Below are positions 13,806 to 27,404 of a stretch of 64,000 bases of DNA, in pieces. Below the pieces are notes generated by a model that was given only the letters and a program-made list of their open reading frames with translations, ran no database searches and was not told where the DNA came from. The position numbers and the translations under genes were made by a program. The stretch lies in the NCBI GenBank assembly GCA_043228905.1, contig JBHGNT010000009.1, positions 7,688,001-7,752,000 of the forward strand. The letters are read 5' to 3'. Numbering within the stretch: position 1 is the stretch's first letter; each line of letters opens with the position of its first letter. This stretch comes from Azolla caroliniana (lineage: Eukaryota > Plantae > Polypodiophyta).

Positions 13806-15638
13806 TGTTTTTTATGTGCACCTTCACATTGGTGAAGGGTATGTTCACTAATGTTAAAAAAGGGGCTAATGTGATTGGATAGAAGGAATGATAGGTGCAT
13901 GCACTATCATGATTTTGGCAACCAATGAATGGATACCCTTTTAGAAAGGCACATCTAATCCCTTTTAGGACATTACGTCGGAAGGTTGCTGTCTTAGAGG
14001 CCGGTGGTGAGGGCTAGGCTTTCGTCTCGACGATCGTGTTTATCTCTTCCAAGGTATTAGTCATCCTAATATCCGGTGGTATCGGACGTCGGTGATAGGT
14101 TGGTTATGTCTAGATCATAGTTTGGGGGTGGTCGGGTGGAACGGGTTCTTCTATCCAATCTATTTTCCTTCTTTTACTTTACTTTGGTCTATTTGATTCA
14201 TAATAGACTCTTAACAATGGTATCAGAGCATCTACTAACAATTTTTTTTCTACCAAAACCATGGTAATCGCTCTACAATTGGCTTATCAATTTGTTGAGG
14301 AGTTATTTCGTTTTTATGGATTACCGATGGATATTGTTAGTGATCGAGATTCCAAGTTTTCTAGTGACTTTTGGAGTCAAGTCTTTAAGAAACTAGAAAC
14401 TACATTGAGCATGAGTTTCGCAGATCATCCTTAGTCTGATGGACAAACTGAATGAGTTAATCAAATTATTGAGGACATGCTTCGAGCTTATGTAGCAAAA
14501 ACCCCTTCTAAGTGGCAGCAATACCTTCCTATCTTAGAATTTTCCTATAATAGCTCTAAACATACATCCACTGGATAGAGTCCTTTTATGTTAATGTATG
14601 GTTTTCAGCCACGTGCCCCAATCGATGTCACGATTCATCATGATACATTAGACAGTACACACAACTTTTTGCAAGACATGAACCAAAAGTTTTCATATTG
14701 CCAAAGAAAATGTCAAGACATCTCAAGATCGTGCTCGATTTTATGTTGATCAAGAGAGACGTCCTCGTGCATTTACTATTGGTCAAAAAGTTTTTTTGTG
14801 TGTACCTACTCACTCTACGTCATTGTCTACGGGCAAGTGCGCTAAGTTAGCCCCACGATATTGTGGCCCATTTGAAATCCTTAAGCTAGTTGGGTCATTT
14901 GCTTATCACCTTGCCTTACCCCGTAATGTTGGTATTCATCCTTTTTTTCATGTTAGTCGTCTAAAACCATTTTTAGGCTCTAGTGATAACACTATCACAA
15001 TCCAAGATCTTGTAACATTAGAGGATTTTTCTTACAAACCTCATGTTCTTGAACGAATTCTTGATTCTCCTACTAAACGTTTACGTTCTAAAGAGATTCG
15101 GCTATTCAAGATCAAATCGATGGATAAACCTATTGATGATGCCACATGGGAACGCGAGCATACTCTTAAGGCACAATTTCCTCACTTCATATTGCAAGAG
15201 TGCAATCTTTTAAAGTAGGGGAGTATCTTATGTACACATAACATTGGTGAGGGTAGGTCACTAATATTTACATTAGGTGGATGCACTATCATGATTTGGG
15301 CAACCAATGAATGGAGACCCTTTTAGAAAGGCACATCTATTCAAGGGGCCTAGGAAAATGTATAAATATGAGGCTTAGCTACCCTCATAAGCACATTACG
15401 TCAGAAGGTTGTTGTCTTAGACACTTGTGGTGCAGGCTAGGGTTTCGTCTCCACGATCGTGTTTATCACTTCCAAGGTATTAGTCATCCTAATATCCGGC
15501 GGTATGGGACGTGAGTGATAGGTTGGCTATGTCTTGATCATAGCTCGGGGGTGGCCGGGTGGAACGGGTTCTTCTATCCAATCTATTTTCCATCTTTTAC
15601 TTTACTTTGGTCTATTGATTAGTAATAGACTCTTAACA
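13806..15638 (+). mobile_element. Internally deleted chromovirus: LTR, PBS, partial integrase, chromodomain, PPT, LTR
   Basis: 5' LTR ends 14216; PBS 14218-14229; sequence matching the integrase at ~850 follows within ~25 bp; ORF 14796-15218; 3' LTR 15226-15638. Confidence 0.88.
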
Positions 15639-15639
15639 T

Positions 15640-18092
15640 CTTACCACGAGGATCTTCGATTTTCCGAAAGACAACTTCTCCTCAAGAGAAGGTAAGCCGA
15701 GCACCCTCAAGCCTCTGCAGTATCTTCTCACAATCGGACTTTCAGCATCCGTCTGCTCCAATCGACTCATCCTTTACGTCCTCTAGACATCCCTTGATTG
15801 GGATGTCATCCAAAAACCGCATGGTGATGTTCCGGATGTAGTCCCTCAATACTTTGTTCATTGCATTCACCATGTGCACCACCGAGTTCATCCCTTCTTG
15901 TGGTAGGGTACACATTCGAATTAGGCCGAGAGGGGTTCGAATTGTCGTGACTCGTGATATCCTTGCTCTCCACGGCTAGCTGGAACTGGTCGTACTCATA
16001 GTATAAATCGTCGACCGAGTATATTGACCTTCCATCAAACGCCTCCGTGAATTCGTCGATTGTCGGCCCGATTCCTGCATTCAGGATTGTCACTTTGTTG
16101 ACAGGTTGCAGGTCCTGGATGAAGCGCAATTTGCTGTTCTTCTTTGGCACCGTGAACCACCAATTTGAGTATGGGGCACTTGACGGGTCGAGGATTCCCA
16201 TATCGACCTTTTGTGTAAGCAGCTCCATCAACTTCGGGATGTGAGCTCTTGGCACCGGAATCGGTATGAGATTCCATGGTACATGCGGTACCGTGAAGAT
16301 CACCATTGGCTCTACCATCGTCGGGTCGACGCACCCGATCTCCCCTGGCGAGAATGCAAAGGCTTTCCCATGCGTTTCGAGCATCCTCCGAAACCGGTTC
16401 TCCTCCGGGAAGTAGGAAGCCACCCCCACCAATCTTGAGCTTCCGCAGCGTCTCCTCGGTGAATCGGTGCCCTATGCCGGATGGATCTCGCAAACTCAAG
16501 TTTGTCACGACCCCTTTCATCCTTCAAGGGAGCCACAACTTGCCTCACCTTCCGGTCGACAGTCTTGTACTTTGTGTCAACTCGGGCCATCCGATCCAAC
16601 CAAACCATCCACCCGAAGTCCGCGATGAATTCGTACATCTTGACTGAACCGACCGGAATAATCCGGTCTTCACGTAAATCTTCTTCAACAACCCTGTCGA
16701 TCTCCCCGAGGGTGTCATCGAATGAGACCGCCTTCATGGCTCCACTGATCTCTTCGTCGGGGCCCAAGGCTCCACATACCAAGTGTCGTTTAACCCGTTT
16801 TCTTTCCCGGCCACCGATGTCGACTATGGTACAACCTCCGCTATCAGAGAACCAAAACTTCCTACCTATGGTGCCGGTGTGGAGTTTCTTCCAGTTGTTC
16901 AAACTATCGTGGCCCCTCACCTTGATAGCCCTTTCTAAAAATCCTCTCAACCTTCGCCGTCGAGAGAATCCCGATTCTGCTTATGGTTCGGCCGAACCGT
17001 TAAGAACTGGACGGAGTGTCGGCCGTCCTTACTCTTCACCCTCGCGTAGGTCGAACCGTTGTCGAACACTTTGGTCTCCATCCAAACCATTGTGATGTAG
17101 GGCTCTCCGAGAATCACCAGATGGGAGCATTCCTAAATGTCCGATCTCTACATCCCCAACCTTTACTCGGACATTCGGGCATGCTCCGTGAAGTTCTTTG
17201 GTAGCGTGGGTCGTCACACGTATCTTCCAACCGTGCTTGCTATTGATCGGCCACTTCCCCTTTCTATAAAAGTTCTTGGACATCAAGTTGATCTCCAATA
17301 CGTGGTTGATTAGTGCTACGACCGGCTCTTTCACGTCCCCGATCCGCACCGGGGTCTTCGTCGATATGGGCCGCCTTCACCTCTGCCAATCTCTTCAACT
17401 CCAGCTCTATCGAGAGCCGCTTCCTCTTCACGAGGATGATGATCGAGTCATGGAACTCTTTCTTCGCAATCCCCAGCACCTCTCTTAACAAGAGCTTCAC
17501 CTTGTTGTCGAGGACCCGCTCTTCCAAGACCTTCCGCAGGTCTGTTGTCTTCTTGATCTCTGAGCTCAGCCGAAAGCTCGAGGACTTCATCTTTTCTTGT
17601 GAGCCGGTTGGCCCCCCGTCACTTTTCCTCGAACCATTCCGGGTCTTGTACCTATTCAAGGGTCCATCCCCTCCAGCTTTTCTGGCACGTGGCTTCTACT
17701 AAGCTTGTTTTCTCCTCGACCAGATCGTACCACCTGATGACCTCTTGGACCCGCCTCTCCGCACAGTCTGCTTCCTGCTTCACCAACTTCTTCGCGGAGA
17801 AGCTTTCAAGCACTACCGACCAATTCCGGTGTCCTTCACTGCCTTGCTATTCTCTCCTCCGCCCCAAATACCGGTGGATGCCGAGTAATGGACAGTTTTG
17901 ACATGTCGCACTGCAGCCTCCTCCATTAGCCTCTTCATCCTGCCCTGTCGGTATTTATTTCCAGGGGCCTTTGCGTCTCACTCGCATGTACCCGTCCATT
18001 CCAAAGGTACACCACATTACTCTTGAGCGTTTCGGCGAAATCGGCGCAATCCCTCCGGATGTGGCCGATAGCGTCGCAATACATACAATGTT
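15640..18092 (-). mobile_element. Ty3/gypsy gag-protease-RT fragment from a different lineage, disabled
   Basis: CMYCDAIGHIRRDC knuckle near 18085; protease-like ORF 17029-17349; KYKTVDRKV; RT N-part FTVPKKNSKLRFIQDLQPVNKVT in ORF 15806-16432. Confidence 0.8.
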
Positions 18093-18359
18093 GAAACCCT
18101 AAAAGAAAGTAAGAAGAAGAGAGAACTAAGATACGTTAGATCTAACAGTATACCCTCCTAACTGAAAATGGGCAACCCTTTTACAAGAGACCCTCCCTTC
18201 ATTTTATAGCACAAGGAGGGAAGGATGTTACAATGTGGGATAAATACCCCCTTTTATTATTTTGTATACATTTCCTAATGTATATGTGCACCTGTTGCAC
18301 GTTCACTCCTTTACCCATTCCATTCGGTTTTCTCACCATAGCCATGAATCTTCACGACA
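18093..18359 (-). repeat. Truncated LTR (probable 3' LTR) of a minus-strand element
   Basis: Closely similar to 22052-22318; begins TGTCGTGAAG on the minus strand after a G-rich PPT-like tract; 18360-19190 looks like element-internal sequence. Confidence 0.7.
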
Positions 18360-19196
18360 TCCACCCACACCAAACCGCACATCCACCGGAATGTGCCAAG
18401 AGGGAAAGAAGGTGAAAGATTTTCGGCGACGGTGATCAAATCAGATCCTCCGCCATTCCGACACCCAACTACCTTGCCGACCCTTACTGATCCCAAACCG
18501 TCGACTTTTGGGTTGTCCTCCTTTTCGGTTTGCGCTTGCCTCTTCATAGGCTCAATCCGACCTCCATCGTCAGTCACCCGCCACGGCTCCTCCAAATGCA
18601 TGCTCATCCTTTGGTCCTTGAGCGACCATATGCATGCCACTTGCTCCATCCTTTGTGTACCTTCCCGCAAAGGCACACATCCTTCCCGACACCCGTGGCA
18701 GTCCCCCGCTTCAGTGTCCTCCGTACTCTTCAATACATTGCTCCACCCAAGGATCACCCCTTTTCGCCGACCTGCTTGGCCCCCGTCGTTTTCCGCGATG
18801 CCTTGGTTGCTTGTTTGGTGTCGTCATCTGTTATCGCCTTCGTCCCCTCGCCGCCACCTTCCTTCTCCTTGATCTTACATTGCCACGACGGTCGAACTAC
18901 CGAGGTCTCCGGAACCGGTGTGGAGAATCCCTCTCAGACCTTCTTCTCTTGAGGTCACCGCCACGTGCAATCCGTCTTCGCGTCCACACTCCCATCCTGG
19001 CACTTCCGTGTGCCGCCTAGCCTTCGACTTCGCCTCGTGAGAAGCTCAATCTGCTCACCTCCTTCGCTCAGCACCGTTCGTGCTGAACTCGGGTCTTTCC
19101 CTGTGCTTGTTCCTCGGCCCTCAGTGGCCATATGCACATCCTTCAATTCGCCTCAGTGCATCCCCTTTTCATCCGGCCACACCGAAAATATAGATT

Positions 19197-19998
19197 CATT
19201 CATACATTGCTACACGTATATACGTACAATGTCACACATATCAATTTTATAAAACACACATACATACACATACATACATACATTACATGCATGCATACAC
19301 ATACATACATTCCATACACATGTACATATATATCACCGCATACACACACACATAGTCATACACACTACAATAGTACATATATACATACACATACACACAT
19401 TAGATATATACATACATATTACAAGCACACATCCATACATGTTGAATCATGTACATTCACATATGCATATATGCATAAACATATATACATACATTACATA
19501 TTGTTAAGTAATTAGGTAATTAACTAGGGTACATACATTCATATATTCATTCATACATTGCTACACGTATATACGTACAATGTCACACATATCAATTTTA
19601 TAAACACACATACATACACATACATACATACATTACATGCATGCATACACATACATACATTCCATACACATGTACATATATATCACCGCATACACACACA
19701 CATAGTCATACACACTACAATAGTACATATATACATACACATACACACATTAGATATATACATACATATTACAAGCACACATCCATACATGTTGAATCAT
19801 GTACATTCACATATGCATATATGCATAAACATATATACATACATTACATATTGTTAAGTAATTAGGTAATTAACTAGGGTTAATTAGAGACTAATTATAT
19901 GGTTACGTTAAGCAACGGAAGATTAGTATGATATGCGCGTGAGAGTGTGTGAGAGGAAGAGAGAGACAGTAAGTTACACTTATGAACACGAAGATAAA
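19197..19998. repeat. Tandem (350-bp period) copies of the flank/LTR junction found at 30061-30528
   Basis: 19531-19998 matches 30061-30528; 19197-19530 repeats its first part. Confidence 0.9.
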
Positions 19999-20087
19999 AA
20001 AGCCATAAATACTCGATCACTAACTCTAAATATTCAGTAATGGCTTACAATTTACGTCTCTATTACATTATAGATATCTATTATTTC

Positions 20088-20750
20088 TGTTGTGATGCCA
20101 TGTAGAAGAGCCGGATGAAGAAGGCCGGTGAGAGTCGGTGAGAAACAGATGAAGAGGACCCAGTAAGAACCGGATGAAGAGACATTTGCAAATAGAAGAG
20201 AATATTAAAATTATTGTTACATGTATAGGGCAAGTTTTGAACCTTGTACCTCCATGTACTTAATTTGAAACTTTACCATTACACTAACATATCATTAGTG
20301 TTAAAAAAGTAGCCATCCCATATAGAAAGGTAAGTGCACACTAGGATAAGCTTTAGTTAGAAGAAAACGCATGATAAAAGAAAAAGTTACACATGCACAT
20401 CTAGCATGCATGAACACTATAGTCGATAAAAACGCATCAAGTTAGAGAAAGCATGTTAGATAAAGCATATAGTTTATTGATAGAAAAAGCATGGAGTGCT
20501 AAGACTCTCTCATCACTATATAAGGATGGGGAGCACAATGTAATAGGGGGTGTGGAATATTTGGAAATTGGATATATTTCTAAAAAAAAACACTAATTAA
20601 TAAACTATATTCGTGGGATTCACGAAATAAACTATACTCGTGTGATTCACGAGGTTTCTATATCTCTATCTTTCAATCTAAATTCATATTCTTATCTTAA
20701 TATTGATTAATCTAATACAATATATTTGTGGGATTCACAAGTTTCAATCT
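20088..20750 (+). repeat. LTR-like fragment
   Basis: TGTTG start, ccggatgaag repeats, tatataagg box near 20517 and three tcgtgggattcacga-like palindromes; ends at a LINE tail. Confidence 0.4.
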
Positions 20751-20757
20751 CTCTTTC

Positions 20758-21480
20758 TTTTTTTTCCAAAAAGATTTCCTTCATTAGTATTAAGAAAAAA
20801 CGCCATAAGGCTACAAACTATACAATTTAGAGAGTATTATATACAAAAAGGATAATCAGGGGAAGGGCCAGGGATGATGATATTTCCAGATTGGTCCTTG
20901 AGAGGAGATTGTGAATAGAGGCAACTTCCTCCATAATTGTAGTAATTTTTTCCTTTTCTTAAGAACAACCTCTGAAGGGCCCGACATATTGTCATACTGC
21001 CCACGCACTACCGCCAGTAAGTTGTCCCATAATTCTAGCAATATATCTGAGAGAAGGGGTATGGAATCATATCGTCTTTTACATCGATACTTCCATAAGG
21101 TCCATAATGTAACCGTGGATACTATTTTCCATACTTGGGCTACACGCATTTGCTTTCGAGGCTGCTGAAAAGGTGAGACAAATATTAGATGCCTGTTGAT
21201 GACAGTCTTAGCCTCTAGAGCATCATCTGCCTCATACAATAATATATTGGAATGGAGAACCCCCCATACCGCTGATCCCCAGGAGAATAGGCAACCTACA
21301 TTAATTGTCAAGAATAAAGAAAGAACTTTATTCCATACCTGTTGAGCTAGTGAACAGGACCAGAGAGCATGCTTGGTAGTTTCCTGCAAGTCACCACAAT
21401 AACTACACTGTCTAAGAACGGGTGCCACGTTTCCTTTCAAAGATTGACCTATCGGTAGTGTTGCATGTAGCAAAAGCCAT
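20758..21480 (-). mobile_element. 5'-truncated L1-clade LINE (zf-RVT and C-terminus, A-tail)
   Basis: ORF 20856-21473 with CSYCG..ETTKHALWSC and LWTLWKYRC; 3' UTR ends in an A-tract near 20758. Confidence 0.8.
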
Positions 21481-21484
21481 CTAT

Positions 21485-22318
21485 TCTTATAATCTATTCA
21501 TATTCATAACTAAACCCATCTCAAATTCTTCCTCCGGTTCCCACCCGACTCACGCAAATGATCCGGCGCCGAAAGGCACGACAACACGCTTCCTATGTAC
21601 AGAAGCCGGAAAGAAAGAAACGCACTCGACACCAACAAAGACACAAATACGCACAACTTCACATGAATGTATATACAAAACCATGAAATTACAACATCGG
21701 TTTCGAGTTGTTCCAATGTCGAACAGGTACAACATCCATCTACAGGCAAGCTCCAGTCGGGAAGCACTTAGGCTCGCCTATGCGAGTGGAAGCCTTGCGT
21801 TGAAGACTTCTTACCAAAGCAGAATAGTTGCATGTTGCCAAGCCACCAGTCGGGGAGCACTCGGGCTCACCTACACGAGTGGGGTCTTGCACAGGAGACA
21901 GAGCTACGAATGGAAACCCTCATAGTACAGGAACTCAGGACCACGCAACCCTAACAGAAAGGAAGCACCGAACCCTAGTATACGAAACTAACAAGACTCC
22001 ACTCAAAAAGAGAAACCCAACCCACATGACGACGACGAAGAAGACCTAAACGAAACCCTAAAAGAAAGTAAGAAGAAGAGAGAACTAACATACCTCAGAT
22101 CTAACGGTATACCCTCCTAACTCAAAATGGGCAACTCTTTTACAAGAGACCATCCCTTCCTTTTATAGTACAAAGAGGGAAGGACATTACAATGTGGGAT
22201 AAATACTCCCTTTTATTATTTTGTATACATTTCCTAATGTACATGTGCACATGTTGCACGCTCACTCCTTTACCCATTCCATCTGGTTTTCTCACCATAG
22301 CCAGGAATCTTCACGACA
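21485..22318 (-). repeat. LTR (probable 5' LTR, partner of 18093-18359), left edge cut by the LINE
   Basis: Right ~267 bp match 18093-18359 and start TGTCGTGAAG on the minus strand. Confidence 0.6.
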
Positions 22319-24249
22319 CCGTTGAGCTAGGACTTTTGCTAGTATCTTGTAGGTTGTGTTAAGGGTTGTGATCGAGCACCATTGGCGCACCTCTAGGCAC
22401 CTCTCTATTGCTTTGGGGATGAAATGGATCATCCCCTCGGCCAGACCGGTGAGCATCTTTCCTCATGGTAAAGGAGAGTGTTAAAGTATGCCATCACTTG
22501 ACAGTGATGCTTCAATGTTATGTATTTATGATAAATCCCACATGGACAAAAACTAATGACTGTGAATTTTGCATTGGTGGTAGAGACAATGTTTTATAAT
22601 ACAAGTGGTAGCTTAATAGTCTCCTTTGCTCAACCCCCTTTTACATCCAATGAGGATACTTGGTTTAGAAGCATGTCATATTGTGTGTTGTTGGTAACAC
22701 AACACACCCCCACCACGCCCACACATTCTCTAGCTTGTGTTTTTTGTGAACAGAGATTACCCAATCCATTGTGTTTCTTGAATCTTCATGAATTGTGTCC
22801 TTGAATGCAAATAAAAACCACCCCCATCGATATACGTGTATCAAACCTAAGTTGTGTACGCGTGCAGACTCTATTGTGGCAAATAAGATGGTGTGGTCTT
22901 TACTTGTTTCCCATTGGTTCTTGTTTTGATACTTTGTTTGAAACCCCTTCGACACTATCGGATGTGCTCATTGAATAGTTTTAACTTCATCCCATGTAGT
23001 GATTATGTTTTTGTCATAATTTTTTATTTCCTTCATTAGCTCAACCAAATAATTTGGATAACATATCTATTACAAGTTAGGATATCCTTTAGAACTCTCA
23101 TCGGCTTGTTTTATGGTTTTATGTGTTCTTGGTTTTTTCATCATTAGCTTAGATGTTTCTTCCCCTTCTCAGTGGCCTCATATGAAACCTCTTTTACATG
23201 TCCTGAGGATTTAGAAGCCTTTTCTTTGACATCAATGTCTCCCAAATCGCATGCATCTTCATTTTTATGAAGATGCATTTCCTTGCTACATGTATTTGAT
23301 GCATTTGCTTGACTTTGGAATGACCTTAAGTTTGTGTTTGATTTCTTCACATTAATCAAAGTATACATTATGAAGTTAATGTCTTTTTGTTATGCTAACA
23401 CCTATCATGCCTTACATTATGAAGTTGCATTCAAACTATACATTATGAGGCAATTGTTTTGCATGCCTTTTTATTATGTTAATCAAGAAGTGATATGCCC
23501 TTCTTCTAACCCTTGTTGAGGAGGTGGAGGCTCTTATGGTTCCACCCTTTAACTCTACCTTGATTACAAATTATGCAACAACCATGAGAAGGTTTGGTTG
23601 TTTCGCTACGAAGAAATAATCACAATGCCATGAAACTAGTAGATGTTGGTGTATTAGTGAGGGTAATACAAACAACACATCCATGAAACTTGGTTATGGA
23701 TATTTTCTCCCCGTAGAATACTCTTCTATCATTTTATTAGTAGTAAATATGCCAAGAGGAGTAAAAGTCAATCATGATGTGATTGAAAGTCCAACAATCA
23801 AATGCATACTTTGTCAATGGAAAAGATGGTGGCTACGCATATATCATTGCAAGAGACAATGATGCATATGCAAAGTAAAATTTATACTTGTAAAGAGAGA
23901 GAATTAACTTTTCAACATACAATGGAAATGCAAAAGTTAGAGATCAAACTTTTTGAGAAAAAAAAAAGTTAGAGATTAATGCTTTGCATGAAGAACTACA
24001 TGCAATGAAGAGCACAACAATTCAAATGCAAGATGATTGGATGCTTGAAATAGAAAGAAAAATGTTGAATCTTGAAGTAGAAAAAGATATTTTAATGAGG
24101 CAAAAATATTGAAATAAAATCTACAATTGAAGGGAAGGAAGATGTGATCATGATAAGGTGGAAAGATGTTCTCTTGAAAGAAACACCGAAAATCACACAA
24201 ATGCATTTTAATACCATGGATGGTTAGATGCAAAGAAGCAATATGAAAT

Positions 24250-24663
24250 TGAAAAGAGAAAGAATAGTATTGTTACTAGAGGTATGCAAGACAATGAAAC
24301 AGAGAATGCATTTTCACTTGTAGAGAATGTTACGAAATTCTTTGAAGATCACTTGCTATGGGAGATGTTATTGTATATCCCGCACATAGGGTTGGCAAAA
24401 AGCAACTAGAGGGAAAGTCATCTCGAGCTATTGTTTGTACAATCCTAGATGAACGTAAAAGGGTTATCATTATAGATCGCAGAGAGGTATACTTAAAAGG
24501 GACAAGTTTCTTTAGAAGGCAATCATATGCATATAAGCAAGCAAATCAAAATGCATTGCAAGTGATGACCTATGGGACAACAAATACTTCAAGATTGAAA
24601 GTAATGTTTTGGAATTGTAAAGGATATCCATGGAATAAGGGTTTAGAGCCCAATGATGTATAG
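24250..24663 (+). mobile_element. LINE ORF1 RRM remnant joined to the ORF2 start
   Basis: EKRKNSIVTRGM..E, AHRVG..RAIVC..LKGTSFF (ORF1-like), then LKVMFWNCKG (APE N-terminal motif). Confidence 0.55.
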
Positions 24664-24664
24664 C

Positions 24665-27075
24665 TCAAGGTCTTGTCCAACGGAAACAGAGTTTCCCTGG
24701 CATCGATCTGAGCCAAGTTTGAAAAACCAGAACCGCTTTACTGATTTCGAATAGTTTTTCAATCCCTTTACGAATGCTTTTCGTTTCCTCTAATCGTGCT
24801 CCAATTGCTTGAGACTAGTCGGCCGATTTTCCCCAAGTTCGAGTAATTGTTTGAGTCGCTTCTGCTTAGACTCAGTCTCCTGAAGTCTTTCAGAGATTTG
24901 CACTCATAAGCTCGATACCTAGAACTCGATGGGCACGATGACTTCCAATCCGAATGCTAGCCGAAAAGTTGTGGACTTTATACTTGTTTTGAAAGTTGTT
25001 TGGTACGCCCAAAGTGCGCTACGCAGCTTATCATCCCAATCGGTGCGATTTTCGTTTACAATTTTCTTTAGGATGTTCTGCAAGGTTTTATTTGTAGACT
25101 TGACTAGGCCATTGGCTTGCATATAGTATGGTGTACTTTTCTTATGGACCACCGCGTAGTGTGTCGTGAGTTCCCGAATCATTTTGTTGAGGAAATGTCC
25201 TCCTTGGTCGCTGATGAGCTCGATCGGGCAATCAAAACGGCACCATAAGTACTCATAAATGAATTTCGTTGTTGATACAACCATATTGTCACGAAGCGAC
25301 TTTGCTTCTACCTAGTCGGTACAATAATCCGTGGCGACTATTATATACTTATTGCATGTTCGTCCTGCGACCGGTTTGAATGGACCAACAAAATCCAGAC
25401 CCCACTTTTGGAATGATTCGAGTGGGAGGATTGGTTGGTGAGGCATTCATGCTTTCTCTATAGGCTGGTCCATGCGCGGGCATAAATCACATTTACGGCA
25501 AAATTCATGGGCGTCCTTTTGCGTAGTCAGCCACCATAAGCCGCTCTGCCAAATTTTCCGAGTCATTGCATCTCTAGTGTAGTGCCCTTCGGCTATTCCA
25601 TAATTGGCTTCGCGGAGGATGACCTCTTTCTCAAACTTCCATACTACGCAATGCCCGATACCATCTGAGCCCTTGTGGTAGAGTGTGTTGGCCAAGAGGC
25701 AAAAATTCCGGCTTCTGACCGCCAACCGCTTCTTTGCATCTAGGGTCAGGTGTTCGGGTGGAAGGCTCGTGCTAATGAAGTGAATCATGTTGTCTATCCA
25801 TCCATCCTCAGACTCCGCATGCCGAAAATGTTGGCATCGGGAAGATCATCGTAAATAGTTTTGGCTAGTTCCCCCGATTCAAGTCGACTCAAATAGTCCG
25901 CTACCGCGTGTTGTACACCTAGCCGATGGTGTATGTCTAATTCGAATTGTTGTAAAAGTAGCATCCATCATGCCAATGAGCCGGCCAGTGACTACTTGGT
26001 GACCAAATATAACAGGGTCGAGTGATCAGCGTGGAACGTAAATTTTCATCCGAGCAGATAGTGTTGCAACTTTGTTATGCTATAAATCATTCCAAGTGCT
26101 TCGCGTTCCGTGGTCGAGTAGTTTTTTTCAACCGTCGAGAGATGTCGATTGGCGTAGTACACTAGCTGATACTAGTTTGGAGGCGTCATCTACATGAGAG
26201 CACTCCCGATAGTCACGTCAGAAGCGTCGACGAAAACATGAAATGTCTATGACCAATCGGGGGGGCGCACAAATGACACATGATATAGCATAACCTTGAG
26301 TGCCTTATAAGCTTCGTCTTCCTTTTCCGTCCATCAAAAAGGCACTCGATGTACTACCGCATGTAGTGGCGTCGCAAATTCGGCAAAATAATGCAACATT
26401 CGACTATGCCATCTAATCTGCCCCAAAAATCGGCTCAGATCCTTCGTCGTGGTAGGGGTCGGGGTAGCCAATACGGCTTGCACTTTATCGAGGTCCATAG
26501 CAATCCCCTCTCAGCTGATGATATGCCCCAACAGGGCACCACTAGAGACGTTGAACATGCATTTCAGGAGGTTCAGGCTAAGCCAAGCTTGCCGACAACG
26601 ATTGAGACAGGGCCGTAATTGGTCGAGATGCTCTACTTGACGATCGTACACAACAAAATCATTGAGGAAGACTTGCATGAATGTTGGAATATAGTCGTCG
26701 AAAATTTCGGTGATGAGTCGTTGGAAAGTGGCCGGCGCCGTCTTTAACCCGAACATCGTCACGACCGCCATGAAAACACCCCATTCTCTTACGAATGTTG
26801 TCTTTTCTTGGTCATCTGGGTGCATGCGGATTTGATTGTAACCGTTGAACCCATTGAGGAAGCTATATCGTTCGTGGCCCACAACGACATCTAGCACTCC
26901 ATCTATAAAAGGAAGAGGGAATGTGTTAGTGATGGTCTCTACGTTTAGTTTTTGACAATCGACATAGACTCTTAATTTTCTATTTTTCTTTGGGACGACC
27001 ACGATAAGACTTAGCCATGTGGCATGTTTGACGGGTTGAATGAATCCCACCCGAAGGAGCTTGCGATTTCCTCTT
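24665..27075 (-). mobile_element. Ty3/gypsy pol fragment (RT, RNase H, integrase), disabled
   Basis: VVVPKKNRKLRVYVD..GYNQIRM..MFGLKTAPATFQR (ORF 26511-27233); GH..C..C integrase zinc finger (25447-25788); ISDQGGHF..QANG (24919-25284). Confidence 0.88.
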
Positions 27076-27404
27076 TGACTTTTGCCTCTTAATTGGGATT
27101 CATTTGGTAATGACATTGTTGTACGGGTCGAGCATCTTGTTTCAGATGGATTTGGTGCTAGTAGTATCACAGATCTAACCCCCAAGGGCTTCACTGGCAA
27201 AACTTGTATGATAAAGGGGTTTAAATTGACCAATGAGATACAAAATGCATATATATAAGGGTATAAATAAATCTTTGAAAATATATCTACCTAAGGGTAT
27301 TATCAATTATGCTAGAGAAAAAAATTACATAAGCCCATGAAATATTTAATATTTCAATGAGATAGTAAAGAATATATTATGCATGGGAGCATGTACATAA
27401 AGGG

